From contig NIVC01005169.1 of assembly GCA_002269645.1 (NCBI GenBank), positions 1 through 23,894 on the forward strand: a stretch of DNA of 23,894 nt, written 5' to 3'. This document shows, piece after piece, positions 1 to 23,568 of the stretch. Both the position numbers and the translations under genes were made by a program. Below the pieces are notes generated by a model. That model was not told where the DNA came from, ran no database searches, and saw only the letters and a list, made by a program, of their open reading frames with translations. This stretch comes from Macrostomum lignano (Eukaryota). Position 1 is the first letter of the stretch, and the number at the start of each line of letters is the position of its first letter.

Positions 1-1299
1 GAGCAAACAGACAAAAAGCAATAGAGAACTCCGGACTATAGATGGGATTTCAGTTCGGTAGAACTTTGAAGCTGCGCATGTTTGGACAAATCCTTTTATT
101 TGAGATGGGGAGATGGGAGAGAGAAAAGACTAAGCCATCTCAATCACCGCCTTGTCTTTAGCTAGCCTTAGCCTAAGTATAGCAGTTTCCTGTTTTTGGT
201 GTTTGCATAATGCATGCCAACTGGGTGAGTCTCTACACTGCGGACCATCGACTAAGCGTATATCAGTTTCGTAGCAGAGAGCCTTGTGCATTCATTCATT
301 CAATAGACCTTTTTACTCTTTCTCTTTGTCGTCGCCAGTCAGTCCGGTGTTTCCCCAGTCCCTATATAGGGAGTTCACGCAGGGGATATAGCCATAATTT
401 AAGAGCTCTTTAAACCCTTTAATAAGACTAGTCCAGACAGCTGAATCTGCTTAAGTCTTGTTGGATTAGCCGACAGCTAAATAGAGGGGATTAAGAGTGC
501 CAAAAGACAAAGAGAAACTGCATGGCTAAGCTATGTTTGTCGTATCTGTGTCGTAAAACATAACATTTGTTTCTTTTTACTTCATTGACAAAAAGTACAC
601 CGTTTGCCTAAAACAGAAAGAGCGAGAAGAAGTAGTAAAGCATGGACAGCGTTCTTGTTCCAGTCTCCGTCCTACTCGTCTGGTCGTCGGGCAAGGCGCT
701 CCATCTCTCACGGGTTGTAATGAGGATAATGGGATTTCCTGATGCGCTAAAGAGAGAGAGAGGGGCGGAGAGGGGAGAAGATTGAGAGTTCATCTCTTGG
801 TGAGAAAATGGTTGTGTGTGCGTGTGCGAAGCCGCAGTGCATTGGACCCAGCTGCCAGTAGCTGTGCTGCAGCAGGGAATGCAGACAGACCGAACAGACC
901 CCCTAGGGACTGTCTCTCTCCGGCTAACTCCCTCTCTATCGCGACCCCTTTTCTTCCTTCGTCTCACATTCTAGAGGGTATATGCCCGACCAATCGGTCA
1001 AAGTTCCTTAGTTCGTTTGCTGGTGAAAGATTAGTTCCGCGAGGGTAAACTGCATGCGCATGGAATATTACGATTAAAGACAACTGATTTTAAACGTCCA
1101 ATATGAACCCTTCCTGAATAATGTAGATTTAAACGACAAACAATCAACCAGCTTTCTAGATTAGAGTCACGCCATTGCCGCATGCCCAATATCTCCACGC
1201 GAAACTTCTGTTGAGAAATTCCCAATCCGACTGCATGCAAAGCCACTGAAGCATCTAGATGGATGAATAAAATCCTATGCTGAAATTGGCAGATCTGCG

Positions 1300-1635
1300 C
1301 ACCTCATGATTGGAGGTTATCTGTTACTAGCCAATCAAAATTGAGCCAAGCCTTAATGCATGACCAGTGCCAAAAAAACTGCTCAACCATACACACTATT
1401 AAAGACACTGAGAGCAGCAGAAGGCTGGCTATACTCGCTGCATAAAAATTGATAGTTAAATTGTGGTTGTCAAGGCCAGTTTTGACAGCACGATAGTGTG
1501 TCAGTGCGTCAGTGAGTCAGTCCTTAGCTTAAGATAGCCATCATCGCCATCAAAGAATAGAGAGACCCAATGTAAGCCCGATAGACCTCATTTAGCAGTT
1601 GCCCAAGCAAGCAGAAAAACGCGCCGGAAGTTGTG
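1300..1635 (+). promoter_or_regulatory. Probable proximal promoter of the M13-like gene
   Basis: Reverse CCAAT (TGATTGG ~1309-1315), AGCCAATCA 1329-1337, TGCGTCA 1505-1511, TGAGTCA 1513-1519 and ETS-type CCGGAAGT 1624-1631 lie just upstream of ATG 1667. Short motifs only; no TSS data. Confidence 0.35.
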
Positions 1636-1666
1636 CCTCTTCTAGAGCACTGAAAGCTCAATAGAG

Positions 1667-13284
<11,618 letters not shown>

Positions 13285-13470
13285 TGCTGGGTTTCTTCCG
13301 ACTATAACTATAATTCCATTGTTAATTTTTAAACTGATGGTTACTGTTGTTCCTATCTTATGCTTTGCTAACTCTGCAATGAAGCTAATGTATAATAGTG
13401 CTATAGCAATGCAACTAGAGCTATTATCTTGTCCCCTCCATAATTATCTGATATTCGGATTTGTTTATCA

Positions 13471-13476
13471 AATAAA
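13471..13476 (+). terminator. Candidate polyadenylation signal of the M13-like gene
   Basis: AATAAA ~187 nt after stop 13284; a second one lies at ~13697. Confidence 0.45.
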
Positions 13477-14207
13477 GCCGGAAACTTTTGTACACACGAG
13501 CTATCGATACATCAAGTGATGTTTTAAACCATGGAAAACCAAAGCACGAGATGTCAGTTTAACACTAAGAAGAATACTGAAAGGCACCTCATCAAACGTA
13601 GAGCAGTTTATGCTGCTACTCGAGTACAACGAATACAAAATCATTCAGCCACGTCTTTGCAGTTGACAGGATACTGTACTTCTGTACGCTTCATTGAATA
13701 AAACAAAAGAAAACAGCATCTGCTGTGTTTGGGAACCCATGCGATACATTTCTGACAACCAGCTGATGCACAGTAGTCACTTATCCTAGCAGCTGTTCTG
13801 CTCAATTGAGCTGCAAAACATCATCTTCTAGCTTTGAGTTGCTAATATGTTTCGGTATTCACGCCTAGCTTATGCAAAAAATGTTGCTCAACCAATCGAG
13901 ACGGTAAATTTTCTCCCCTAAAAAAATTCTGCCATTTGGCTTTTCTGAAGCGTCACTTTGCTGAGCCAAAGCTTACCGTGTAGGTTTCTTTTGTTGAGAA
14001 GATAACATTATATATACATGCAGCGGCGATGGGATTAAGATGTGTCTGCAAGCGAATCAACAGACACTTTTCCTGATCTCGCAGAAGAAACTCGCTGAAA
14101 TGCGATCCAACTTTCTAATAAACAGCTTTATTAGTTTTATAGGTAAGTGCAATTTCGGCAAAACAGTCGGGATTCTAGGAATCGAGATACGTCTGGCCGC
14201 CCGTAAA

Positions 14208-16201
14208 ATGACAGCCAAGTACCATGTACTTTTACTGCTTGTACGGTGCTGGCAACCCTATGTCCGTGTGTTGAGGTGCGACTAACCATGGCCAACGGTG
14301 CTTAACTTACTATCGTGTTAATCCTACTAGCTAGCAACACAATAACGCCTGGAAATCTTAGCCTTCCTCCCGCAGGCGCTCACTAGCTGCAGTCAATTTG
14401 TCCGCTCCTCCGGGCCAATCCAGCTCGACCCGACCGTCAGTAGTTTCTTCATCAGCGAGCCCGGCTCAGCCTCCATCCAAGACTGCCTGCTCAGCTGCCG
14501 GTCGAAGGGGTGTGTCGCAGTCAGCCTGCTGCGGGCCAGCCGCATCTGCCAGCTGCTCTTCGTCGAGGACGCCTCGCGGACTGCCGGATCGCCGCGCAGC
14601 CACGCGTGGAGGTCACTGGGATCCGAGGCTGGCGCCGAGGTGTGGAAGGCGGTCGACATCGACAGCATCATCGACTCCAGGAGGCTCAACATCACGCTGG
14701 AGTTTTCAAGTGAGTCGCCTGATTAATTCAATAAAGTTTAAAGCAATGAAGGCGTTTTAGAAAAGTGAGTTGGCGGATTCGACGTCCTAACACTCGAGCG
14801 AGTTAAGCAGGATTGGCTGCTGGCCTTGCAAGCTTGTTGGTGCATTTTATTCGATTTTGGGAGCCTGCGAATCTTCTAAGAAACACTAGGGATGCCAGCT
14901 ACAAAGAGGATACCAGCTACAGAGGAGGCGCCAGCTACAGAGGGTACAGAGGGGGCGCCAGCTACAGAGGGGGCGCCAGCTACAGAGGGGGCGCCAGCTA
15001 CAGAGGGGGCGCCAGCTACAGAGGGGGCGCCAGCTACAGAGGGGGCGCCAGCTACAGATGGGGCGCCAGCTACAGAGGGGGCGCCAGCTACAGAGGGGGC
15101 GCCAGCTACAGAGGGGGCGCCAGCTACAGAGGGGGCGCCAGCTACAGAAGAGGCGCCAGCTACAGAGGGATGCCAGCTACAGAGAAGATGCCAGCTACAG
15201 AGAGGATGCCAGCTACAGAGGGGGCGCCAGCTACAGAGGAGGCGCCAGCTACAGAGGGGGCGCCAGCTACAGAGGGGACTGCAAAACTGCAAAACCCGCA
15301 GACTCGAGCACAGGTACGAACGGCTCCATCCTGCAGCTGTCAATCAACGTGACAGGCTGCTATCGAATTAAGGCAGCAGGAGCCGCTGGCGGGTTCAACA
15401 GTTTCCACAATCGAGTCGGCGGCAGAGGCGCCTTCGCAGCTGGACGCTTCAAACTCGCTGCCGGAGCGCGACTGTCAATCGTGGTGGGCCAGGCTGGCGG
15501 CCCGACAACGCTTGGCAACGCTGGTGCTGGCGGAGGCGGTGGTAGCTTCGTGTACATGACTGGGAACGGCCAGCTGCTGCTGGCGGCAGGCGGCGGTGGC
15601 GGCGCCTCATCCTGGGCTTCAGGTGAGAAGCGGGTCTTATCTTCGAAAACTATAGCCAGGGTCATAAAAAGCATTTTCTCTTCTTTCGGCAACAACAGGC
15701 TGTCAAGGACTGGCCGCCAGCACTGGTGGCGACTCGAACGGCGGTAACAAGCTGAACACTGGCTACGGCGGCAAAAACGGCCAGCCTGGCAACAACGGCA
15801 ACGGCAGCAATCCGGACTTCGACGGCGGCTGCGGCGCCGGCTGGCTGGGCATGGCGCCCCGACGAACCAATGCCGGGCACGGAGACTCTGGCGGTGATCG
15901 CAGCGTCGGTTGGATCGGCGGCGCGGCTGGCAGCGGCGGCGGCGGTGGCGGCGACGGCGGGTTTGGCGGCGGCGGCGGAGGTGGACGCTCAGTTGGCGCG
16001 GCTGGCGCTGGTGGCGGCTACAGCGGCGGAGGCGCCGGGACCGGCGCTTATCACTCCGGCGGCGGAGGCGGCTCTGTCTGCGGCGACGGTGTCACCGGTG
16101 GCAGCGACTGCATCCTCATGGATGGCGACGTCATGGACGGCTCAACCGTTCAAGGCCGGGTGACGCTTCAGCTTCTGCCAGACGCTGAGTCAGCCTGCTG
16201 A
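14208..16201 (+). CDS. Secreted protein with PAN/Apple domain and ALK/LTK-like glycine-rich domain (4 exons, 396 aa)
   Basis: Exons 14208-14240, 14376-14709, 15302-15622, 15699-16201 (1191 nt, in frame). Signal peptide MTAKYHVLLLLALTSC; PAN-like QDCLLSCRSKGCVAVSLLRASRICQL. GRD motifs: TGCYRIKAAGAAGG, GGRGA, LSIVVGQAGG, GGGGGSFVY, LLLAAGGGGG, GGCGAGW, GGFGGGGGG, GGGYSGGG, GGGGGS, QGRVTLQLL. No TM or kinase before the stop. Exon 1 donor (GTACGG) is less certain. Confidence 0.88.
14890..15277. repeat. 18-nt minisatellite (GCCAGCTACAGAGGGGGC), ~21 copies
   Basis: Tandem array in intron 2 of the PAN/GRD gene, ending ~25 nt before the acceptor at 15301. Confidence 0.97.
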
Positions 16202-16972
16202 GCTGCACCTCTTTAAACAAAGAAAAAGTTTTTTCATGATTTGACCACTTTAACTCTGGACTATTATCAATATAGTGGAAAATATTATTAAACCATCGGT
16301 TTTTAATCAAAATTAAGGACGCAAATCCATAAATATGTTGCTTTGGTCTTTTCGTTCTCGGTCTTGATTAATTTGGACCAATTTGTAGCTGTGCAATAAT
16401 AGAGCATGGTTTCCGAGGTCTTTAATACATGATAGCGCTCTCTGGCTTTCCCATTATCGCCCGCAAAGCCTGGGTGGTAATACTGTGATTGATTTAATAT
16501 GTGCCATGGAGTGTGGGTGTCAACCATAGACAATGATTTAATGAGTAACTATACAGTTACTCTACAGCCTTGTCGGGTGGGCCGATATAATCGTCTATGG
16601 CAATAATCAAATATCCGCCACGTAGTCATGGTACAATTGTAGTTTCGACAATACCTTGACAAGAATCTTTGGTTACTAGCGGGAGTGGCCGGATTCTAAG
16701 AATCTTAAAGTAGCTCTGGCTTTGCAGAGAAGCTTTATAATTTAACTGTCTAAGGTACAGATAGGCAGTTTGGTTTATCACAAACACTGCAAACAGTATT
16801 AAGCATTTTACTGTACTACTAATAGTAATAAAATAACTTCAATTTCAATGACTTTAAACGAGTAGTATATCTTTATTTAACGATTATAAAGCGATTCTTC
16901 AAAGGAAGTCCTTGATTTTGTACGAATATATAGATGACGCAGCAGAGCTTCAAACGCAGTCTGTGTTTTTGT

Positions 16973-19143
16973 TTACTTCTTCGGCGCCTTGAACTTCGGC
17001 TTGCCCAGCGGTCGGATGTGTTGAAGCGAGTCAGCGGCCCCGGGTTGTCTGGAAAATAGTTTAAAGGATGACAGAGGTTGAGGGAAGTCTGCTGATGGGA
17101 TTTTTGAGATTCTTTTACAGTAGGGATGCCAACCGGTTTAAACGGTTTTTGGCCCGGTTTGACGGTTTCCAACTCCTAATCCTAATTAGGTCACAATTAT
17201 CAGAGAGGCAGACTCAAGGGGGCAGAGAGGCAGACTCAAGGGGGCAGAGAGGCAGACTCAAGGAAGCAGAGAGGCAGACTCAAGGGGGCAGAGAGGCAGA
17301 CTCAAGGGGGCAGAGAGGCAGACTCAAGGGGGCAGAGAGGCAGACTCAAGGGGGCAGAGAGGCAGACTCAAGGAAGCAGAGAGGCAGACTCAAGGGGGCA
17401 GAGAGGCAGACTCAAGGAAGCAGAGAGGCAGACTCAAGGAAGCAGAGAGGCAGACTCAAGGGGGCAGAGAGGCAGACTCAAGGAAGCAGAGAGGCAGACT
17501 CAAGGGGGGCAGAGAGATGCAATGTAAATGACGAGTTTTCTATAAAAAGCTTTCAGTAAACTCAATCTAAGAGTACATGTAGACTAAGACTAAGAGTTTG
17601 TCCATACTATTCGTGTTGTCATTAACTCTGTCAAACTTTTGAACAATTGATGCACAAAATAGTTTTTAAAACTGGTTTTCTTTAAAAAAGACTGTTTTTA
17701 AACCGGTGAACAGGTTCTCAAAAAGGCGCGGTTTTTGGCATCAAAACTTTACAGAGTGTTTCTGAAAAAAATCTTGATTAACTTGCGAGTGTACCCTAAA
17801 TAAAACACATGCTTGCTTCAGTTGCAACTTGGAATTAGTGAGCATTTGGTGTTTAAAAAACTGAAGACATCCAGCTACATCTCGCCAATGCATTTTGCAC
17901 AGGCTGCTGCATATAGCAAACGTACTATTACAACATATGCGCTGATTTCTTCAATGGAAAACAGATTTTCAGCTTGTGCAGCTAGAGGAAGAAGGTTCAT
18001 CAGAAGACTTGGTAGTGTTTTCCTCCTAGTACAGGTTTAGCGAAGAAAGTTCACTCTGGCTCCACAGGGACAGCAGCTGTCAGTTCGCTGTTGCTGGGGT
18101 TCTGCACTCCCCCCGCTGGTTCCCACTGCGGACATGCGGTTCTGCGCGTGGGTGATGAGAGAAGCAAAGAAATAAAAAAGAAGGAAGATGGACAGACAAA
18201 GTGCATTAGCGCTTTCGATAGGTGCATACTAGCTTTGCCTGTAACTTGACCTTAGCTTCTCATTGACCTGAAGGCTTAAAATAACTTCGTTAGCAACCGT
18301 CGGAAAAAACTCACTTCACAACGATTAGGGTTAGTGAATTCCCAGACTCCTTGATGAGGCTGGATGCTTGGGCGTGGCTCAACTGACGGGTTTTCTGACC
18401 GTTCACCGACTGGATGGCGTCTCCAGAGTGCAGCTTGCCGAAGGCTGCGGACTCGGGCTGGACCTGGCACAGTGCGGGCGGCTCTGGGCATTCAGAACAG
18501 AACTGTAGAGAAAGACAGGCAGACACTGAGACAGACACTGAGACAGACACTGAGACAGACACTGAGACAGACACTGAGACAGACACTGAGACAGACACTG
18601 AGACAGACACTGAGACAGACACTGAGACAGACACTGAGACAGACACTGAGACAGACACTGAGACAGACACTGAGACAGACACTGAGACAGACACTGAGAC
18701 AGACACTGAGACAGACACTGAGACAGACACTGAGACAGACACTGAGACAGACACTGAGACAGACACTGAGACAGACACTGAGACAGACACTGAGACAGAC
18801 ACTGAGACAGACACTGACACAGACACTGAGACAGACACTGAGACAGACACTGAGACAGACACTGAGACAGACACTGAGACATTTCAACTCAGTAAAAAAT
18901 CGAATTCACCTTCATAACGGTCAGCTGAGTCCTGTAGTCAGCTCCGCCTTGCAGCCGGAAGCCCCACATCTGATTAGCCGAACGTTGCAGCGACACCTGC
19001 ACAGGGGCTTGCGGATCTGCTTCCGGGTGTTCCTGGTGCTGCTGGTGCTGCTGGTGAGGCTGATAAGGCTGGTGCTGATGCCCTGGTCCGTGAAATTTGG
19101 AAGAGACTGCTGACACAGGTCTGGCTGCAACCGCGTATAGCAT
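16973..19143 (-). CDS. PDZ-domain protein of the Zasp/PDLIM (ALP-Enigma) type, no LIM domain (~181 aa if started at 19143)
   Basis: Exons 19143(or acceptor 19124)-18910, 18463-18315, 18141-18055, 17048-16973, phase-compatible. PDZ reads [32 protein letters not shown]|[51 protein letters not shown]-terminus [16 protein letters not shown], with AATAAA at 16877-16872. True 5' end is unresolved; the last two exons are less certain than the PDZ exons. Confidence 0.8.
17121..17746. mobile_element. Decayed hAT-like non-autonomous element (626 bp) with 8-bp TSD
   Basis: Left TIR TAGGGATGCCAA; right end TTGGCATCAAAA (expected TTGGCATCCCTA). Flanks TTTTACAG (17113-17120) and CTTTACAG (17747-17754) match 7/8 at exactly the expected offset. 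AACCG/AAACGG-type subterminal motifs occur at both ends. Confidence 0.65.
17201..17514. repeat. 22-nt minisatellite (GAGAGGCAGACTCAAGGGGGCA), ~14 copies
   Basis: Tandem units with GGGGG/GGAAG variants, inside the hAT-like element. Confidence 0.97.
18517..18880. repeat. 12-nt minisatellite (GACAGACACTGA), ~30 copies
   Basis: Near-perfect array filling the PDZ-splitting intron 18909-18464. Confidence 0.98.
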
Positions 19144-19782
19144 ATTTTTAATATTTAGTGCTGTCCTTAGACACTCAGCTGCGCAATCGAAAATTCAAAC
19201 AGAACCAATATAGCAATGATCCTATACAACCTGACCATATCGCTTTTATGGACGATTCTCTTTGGTTTTCTGCTTCACGGTTGTTGCAATTTCTCTTCCC
19301 CTCTTCTTCCCAAATGATCCGGTTTTTCTGTTGGATAGCCAATGACTTTGCCCCTGTCAAGGATGCTGTGCGGTAGCTCGCAAGCATTTATTGACTAGAC
19401 ACTGGTTCTGGCTCTCCAAGGTCATTATCTGAATTTATGGATTGGTGCGATGTGCTTTCAATAATTGGTTAGTCAAAATATGCACAAGTATTGGCGTCGT
19501 TACTTCCACTGTACGAGCGGAGTTGGACAAATTTTTACATGCCTAATTTACAGTTGAAGGTTCATTCAGGGCAGCTTGGGGTTTGGTTCTGCAGGGCAGC
19601 GGAGGTCTGTGATGCATCAGTCTCCTAAACGTAGTGGTCATTTATTCGTTTAATACAGATTAGGCAGGACCTTCTAGGGGAAGTCATTATTCAAAACTGA
19701 ACGTTGCTTTCGACTTGAAGAACCGATACCAAACTGCAGGAATTCACTTCACAGATTAATGGCAGAACTGTATCCCTGAAGC

Positions 19783-20265
<483 letters not shown>

Positions 20266-20595
20266 CGATCGTAGATCTATCCGGATCAGAGTTCATCCCA
20301 TATTTTAAGGACACAGCTTGGTAAGGCGATCTGCTTTAGCGGAGCCCGAGAATCAGCCCTGCACAAGCAATCTGTTGGGTCCTTATTTGGTCATTGGAGA
20401 AAAGTACGTGCGAGCTAAAACGCTATTTAGCCCGATACGATGCGCAAATGTGAAGGCCATTGCATGGGCAAATATAGGCGAACTTAGATTTATGTCTGGG
20501 ATCAGCCTGAGGTCAGTGGCTTTGTTGCTAATCTTTTTCCGCAACCAAATCTCACGCCAAAAATTTCTTTTTAAGTCCAAATTGACGACGTTCCC

Positions 20596-21255
20596 GTGAG
20601 ATAAAGGCAGATTGGAGTGAGATAACGGCAGATTGGAGTGAGATAAAGGCAGATTGGAGTGAGATAACGGCAGATTGGAGTGAGATAAAGGCAGATTGGA
20701 GTGAGATAAAGGCAGATTGGAGTGAGATAAAGGCAGACTGGAGTGAGATAAAGGCAGATTGGAGTGAGATAAAGGCAGACTGGAGTGAGATAAAGGCAGC
20801 TTAGAGTGAGATAAAGGCAGATTAGAGTGAGATAAAGGCAGCTTGGAGTGAGATAAAGGCAGCTTAGAGTGAGATAATGGCAGACTGGAGTGAGATAAAG
20901 GCAGACTGGAGTGAGATAAAGGCAGCTTGGAGTGAGATAAAGGCAGCTTAGAGTGAGATAATGGCAGACTGGAGTGAGATAAAGGCAGACTGGAGTGAGA
21001 TAACGGCAGATTGGAGTGAGATAAAGGCAGATTGGAGTGAGATAACGGCAGATTGGAGTGAGATAACGGCAGATTGGAGTGAGATAACGGCAGATTGGAG
21101 TGAGATAACGACAGATTGGAGTGAGATAACGGCAGATTGGAGTGAGATAAAGGCAGAATGGAGTGAGATAAAGGCAGATTGGAGTGAGATAACGGCAGAT
21201 TGGAGTGAGATAAAGGCAGAATGGAGTGAGATAAAGGCAGATTGGAGTGAGATAA
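20596..21255. repeat. 21-nt minisatellite (GTGAGATAAAGGCAGATTGGA), ~31 copies
   Basis: Direct tandem units with AAAG/AACG and ATTG/ACTG/CTTA variants. Confidence 0.98.
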
Positions 21256-21536
21256 GGGTGTTAAAAGACAGCTTATTATTTATTGCAGCAAATATCAACT
21301 GTTTAGTGTTTTTGTTTGACACGACTGAAAATGCTTCTTAGAACAAAGCAACTAAGATTTAAGAAAAAAGCATACAGAAAAACGTGGTTATTTGTTCCTA
21401 CAGCAAGATTCATTAAGAATTTCTCATGTTTCTTTGATTTGCGGATCGTTAAAAATAAAAATTATATTTTTCGGAAGACTTTGAATAAAATTTGAGTAGC
21501 TTTAATTAAAACACATAGTGATAAGTTTTTTTTACA

Positions 21537-21542
21537 TTTATT
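21537..21542 (-). terminator. Candidate polyadenylation signal of the knottin gene
   Basis: AATAAA on the minus strand ~200 nt after stop 21742. Confidence 0.45.
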
Positions 21543-21741
21543 TGAGGTTGAATGCGTCGAAAACTGACTTATTTAAATTTAAATATTTTTACACCCAATA
21601 ACTACCATAGACTATTCTCATAGCTTTATATTTGTATACTTCAGTAAATAAACCTCAGAAATTTCCCGCCAGTTAATGACCATAGAGTTTTGGCCATAGA
21701 CTAAGCCAAATGACTTCAGCTCGTAGATAAACCGCAGATCC

Positions 21742-22054
21742 TTAGCCTTCGCCGAACTTGTCCACAATGCAATGGTACTCCAAGTGAGCCCGACCAAAAA
21801 CCCGAGCTCCATGGCAAACCAGGCCTTTGCAGCACTGTACAGTAAAGAATGGAGTGCGACAGGCTTCCTCTGCCTTAGCGCACCTAAATGGTAGACATGC
21901 GCGTGTTTTCACTTGTTTACAGTGTATATGGAGTCTGTCATGACAGGAAGCGCGATGCTTACTTGACAGTTCGAACTGCAGCTGCGATATGGGTGCCGGA
22001 GACAAGCAGGAGCAGCAGAACTTGAAGGATGATCAGTTTCTTAAGAACTTGCAT
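21742..22054 (-). CDS. Secreted inhibitor-cystine-knot (knottin) toxin-like peptide precursor, 2 exons, 77 aa
   Basis: Exon 1 22054-21963 (donor GTAAGC) and exon 2 21883-21742 (acceptor CCATTTAG); 79-nt phase-2 intron. Product MQVLKKLIILQVLLLLLVSGTHIAAAVRTVK-CAKAEEACRTPFFTVQCCKGLVCHGARVFGRAHLEYHCIVDKFGEG*: a signal peptide plus six Cys spaced C-x6-C-x8-CC-x4-C-x14-C. Confidence 0.88.
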
Positions 22055-22282
22055 GATCACAGACCAGACACTTATCTGTGCTTTCTGGCTGAGAATCGGT
22101 ATCCAAGTGAAAACTTATTGCGGCTCAAAAGTATTTGAAACCAGGAAATTAATAGAAATTCGTTTGCCAAATTCGAATTCTAAATAGTAAATGCATTTTT
22201 TTAATTCCTGAGCATTCCGTGCCTGGCTTGAAAATAATTTTAATTCTTTTTTTCATTTAGAACGAAGAAAGTTTATAGAATT

Positions 22283-23010
<728 letters not shown>

Positions 23011-23568
23011 TAGTTAAAAAGCGGCATTTACCTTTTAAAGTTGTATTTCAATCAAAAGTTCTGCATTTACTACTTATAGTACACAAATAAGATTATGCTA
23101 GTAATTAACGAAAAACAATATCCTTCCTAGTCAGCCGTGTGCCATATGCTCCGCTATCAGAGACAGCTTATGCCTCACTATCAGCTCATTGATCTGTATC
23201 TGTGCCCGGCATCTCTGAAGCTGAGCCCACTTCATTGCGCAACCTTTGATCAATCGATCTGACAGATGAAATCTTGGGCTCTTAGAATTTGAAACGCTGA
23301 CTGGGTTCAAATGAATTGTTGCGCTTTCGTTTTGATAATATTATACTTGACTGAGAATTGTCTGCTTCGATTCTAGTTTTTCGCAATCAGTTTTTGCTTG
23401 AATGCATCTCCGTTTCCATTCTGGAAGACTGGCTGGGGGAAGAGGTCATGACCCGATTAAGATATCTGGCTATGACTTTTCTGGCTGGAATAGAGAACAA
23501 ACAAAGTTTCAATTTTATCACGAAACTGTTGCTGAAGAATCTGTTGCGTTGATTGTCAGTCTTGTAAA

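Noticed and set aside
360-371. Perfect palindrome CCCTATATAGGG (CArG-box consensus)
   Set aside because: Isolated short motif ~1.3 kb from the nearest supported start; expected by chance.
14813-15301. 18-mer array as a coding YRGGAS extension of the glycine-rich protein
   Set aside because: Read-through from exon 2 hits TAA within a few codons, the array changes frame internally, and exon 2 joins 15302 cleanly in phase.
16303-16533. 76-aa minus-strand ORF between the convergent genes
   Set aside because: No recognisable domain or clear splice context; lies in probable 3' UTR or intergenic DNA.
23120-23552. Short open frames with possible splice sites near the window end
   Set aside because: Could not be chained into a consistent gene model, and no recognisable product.
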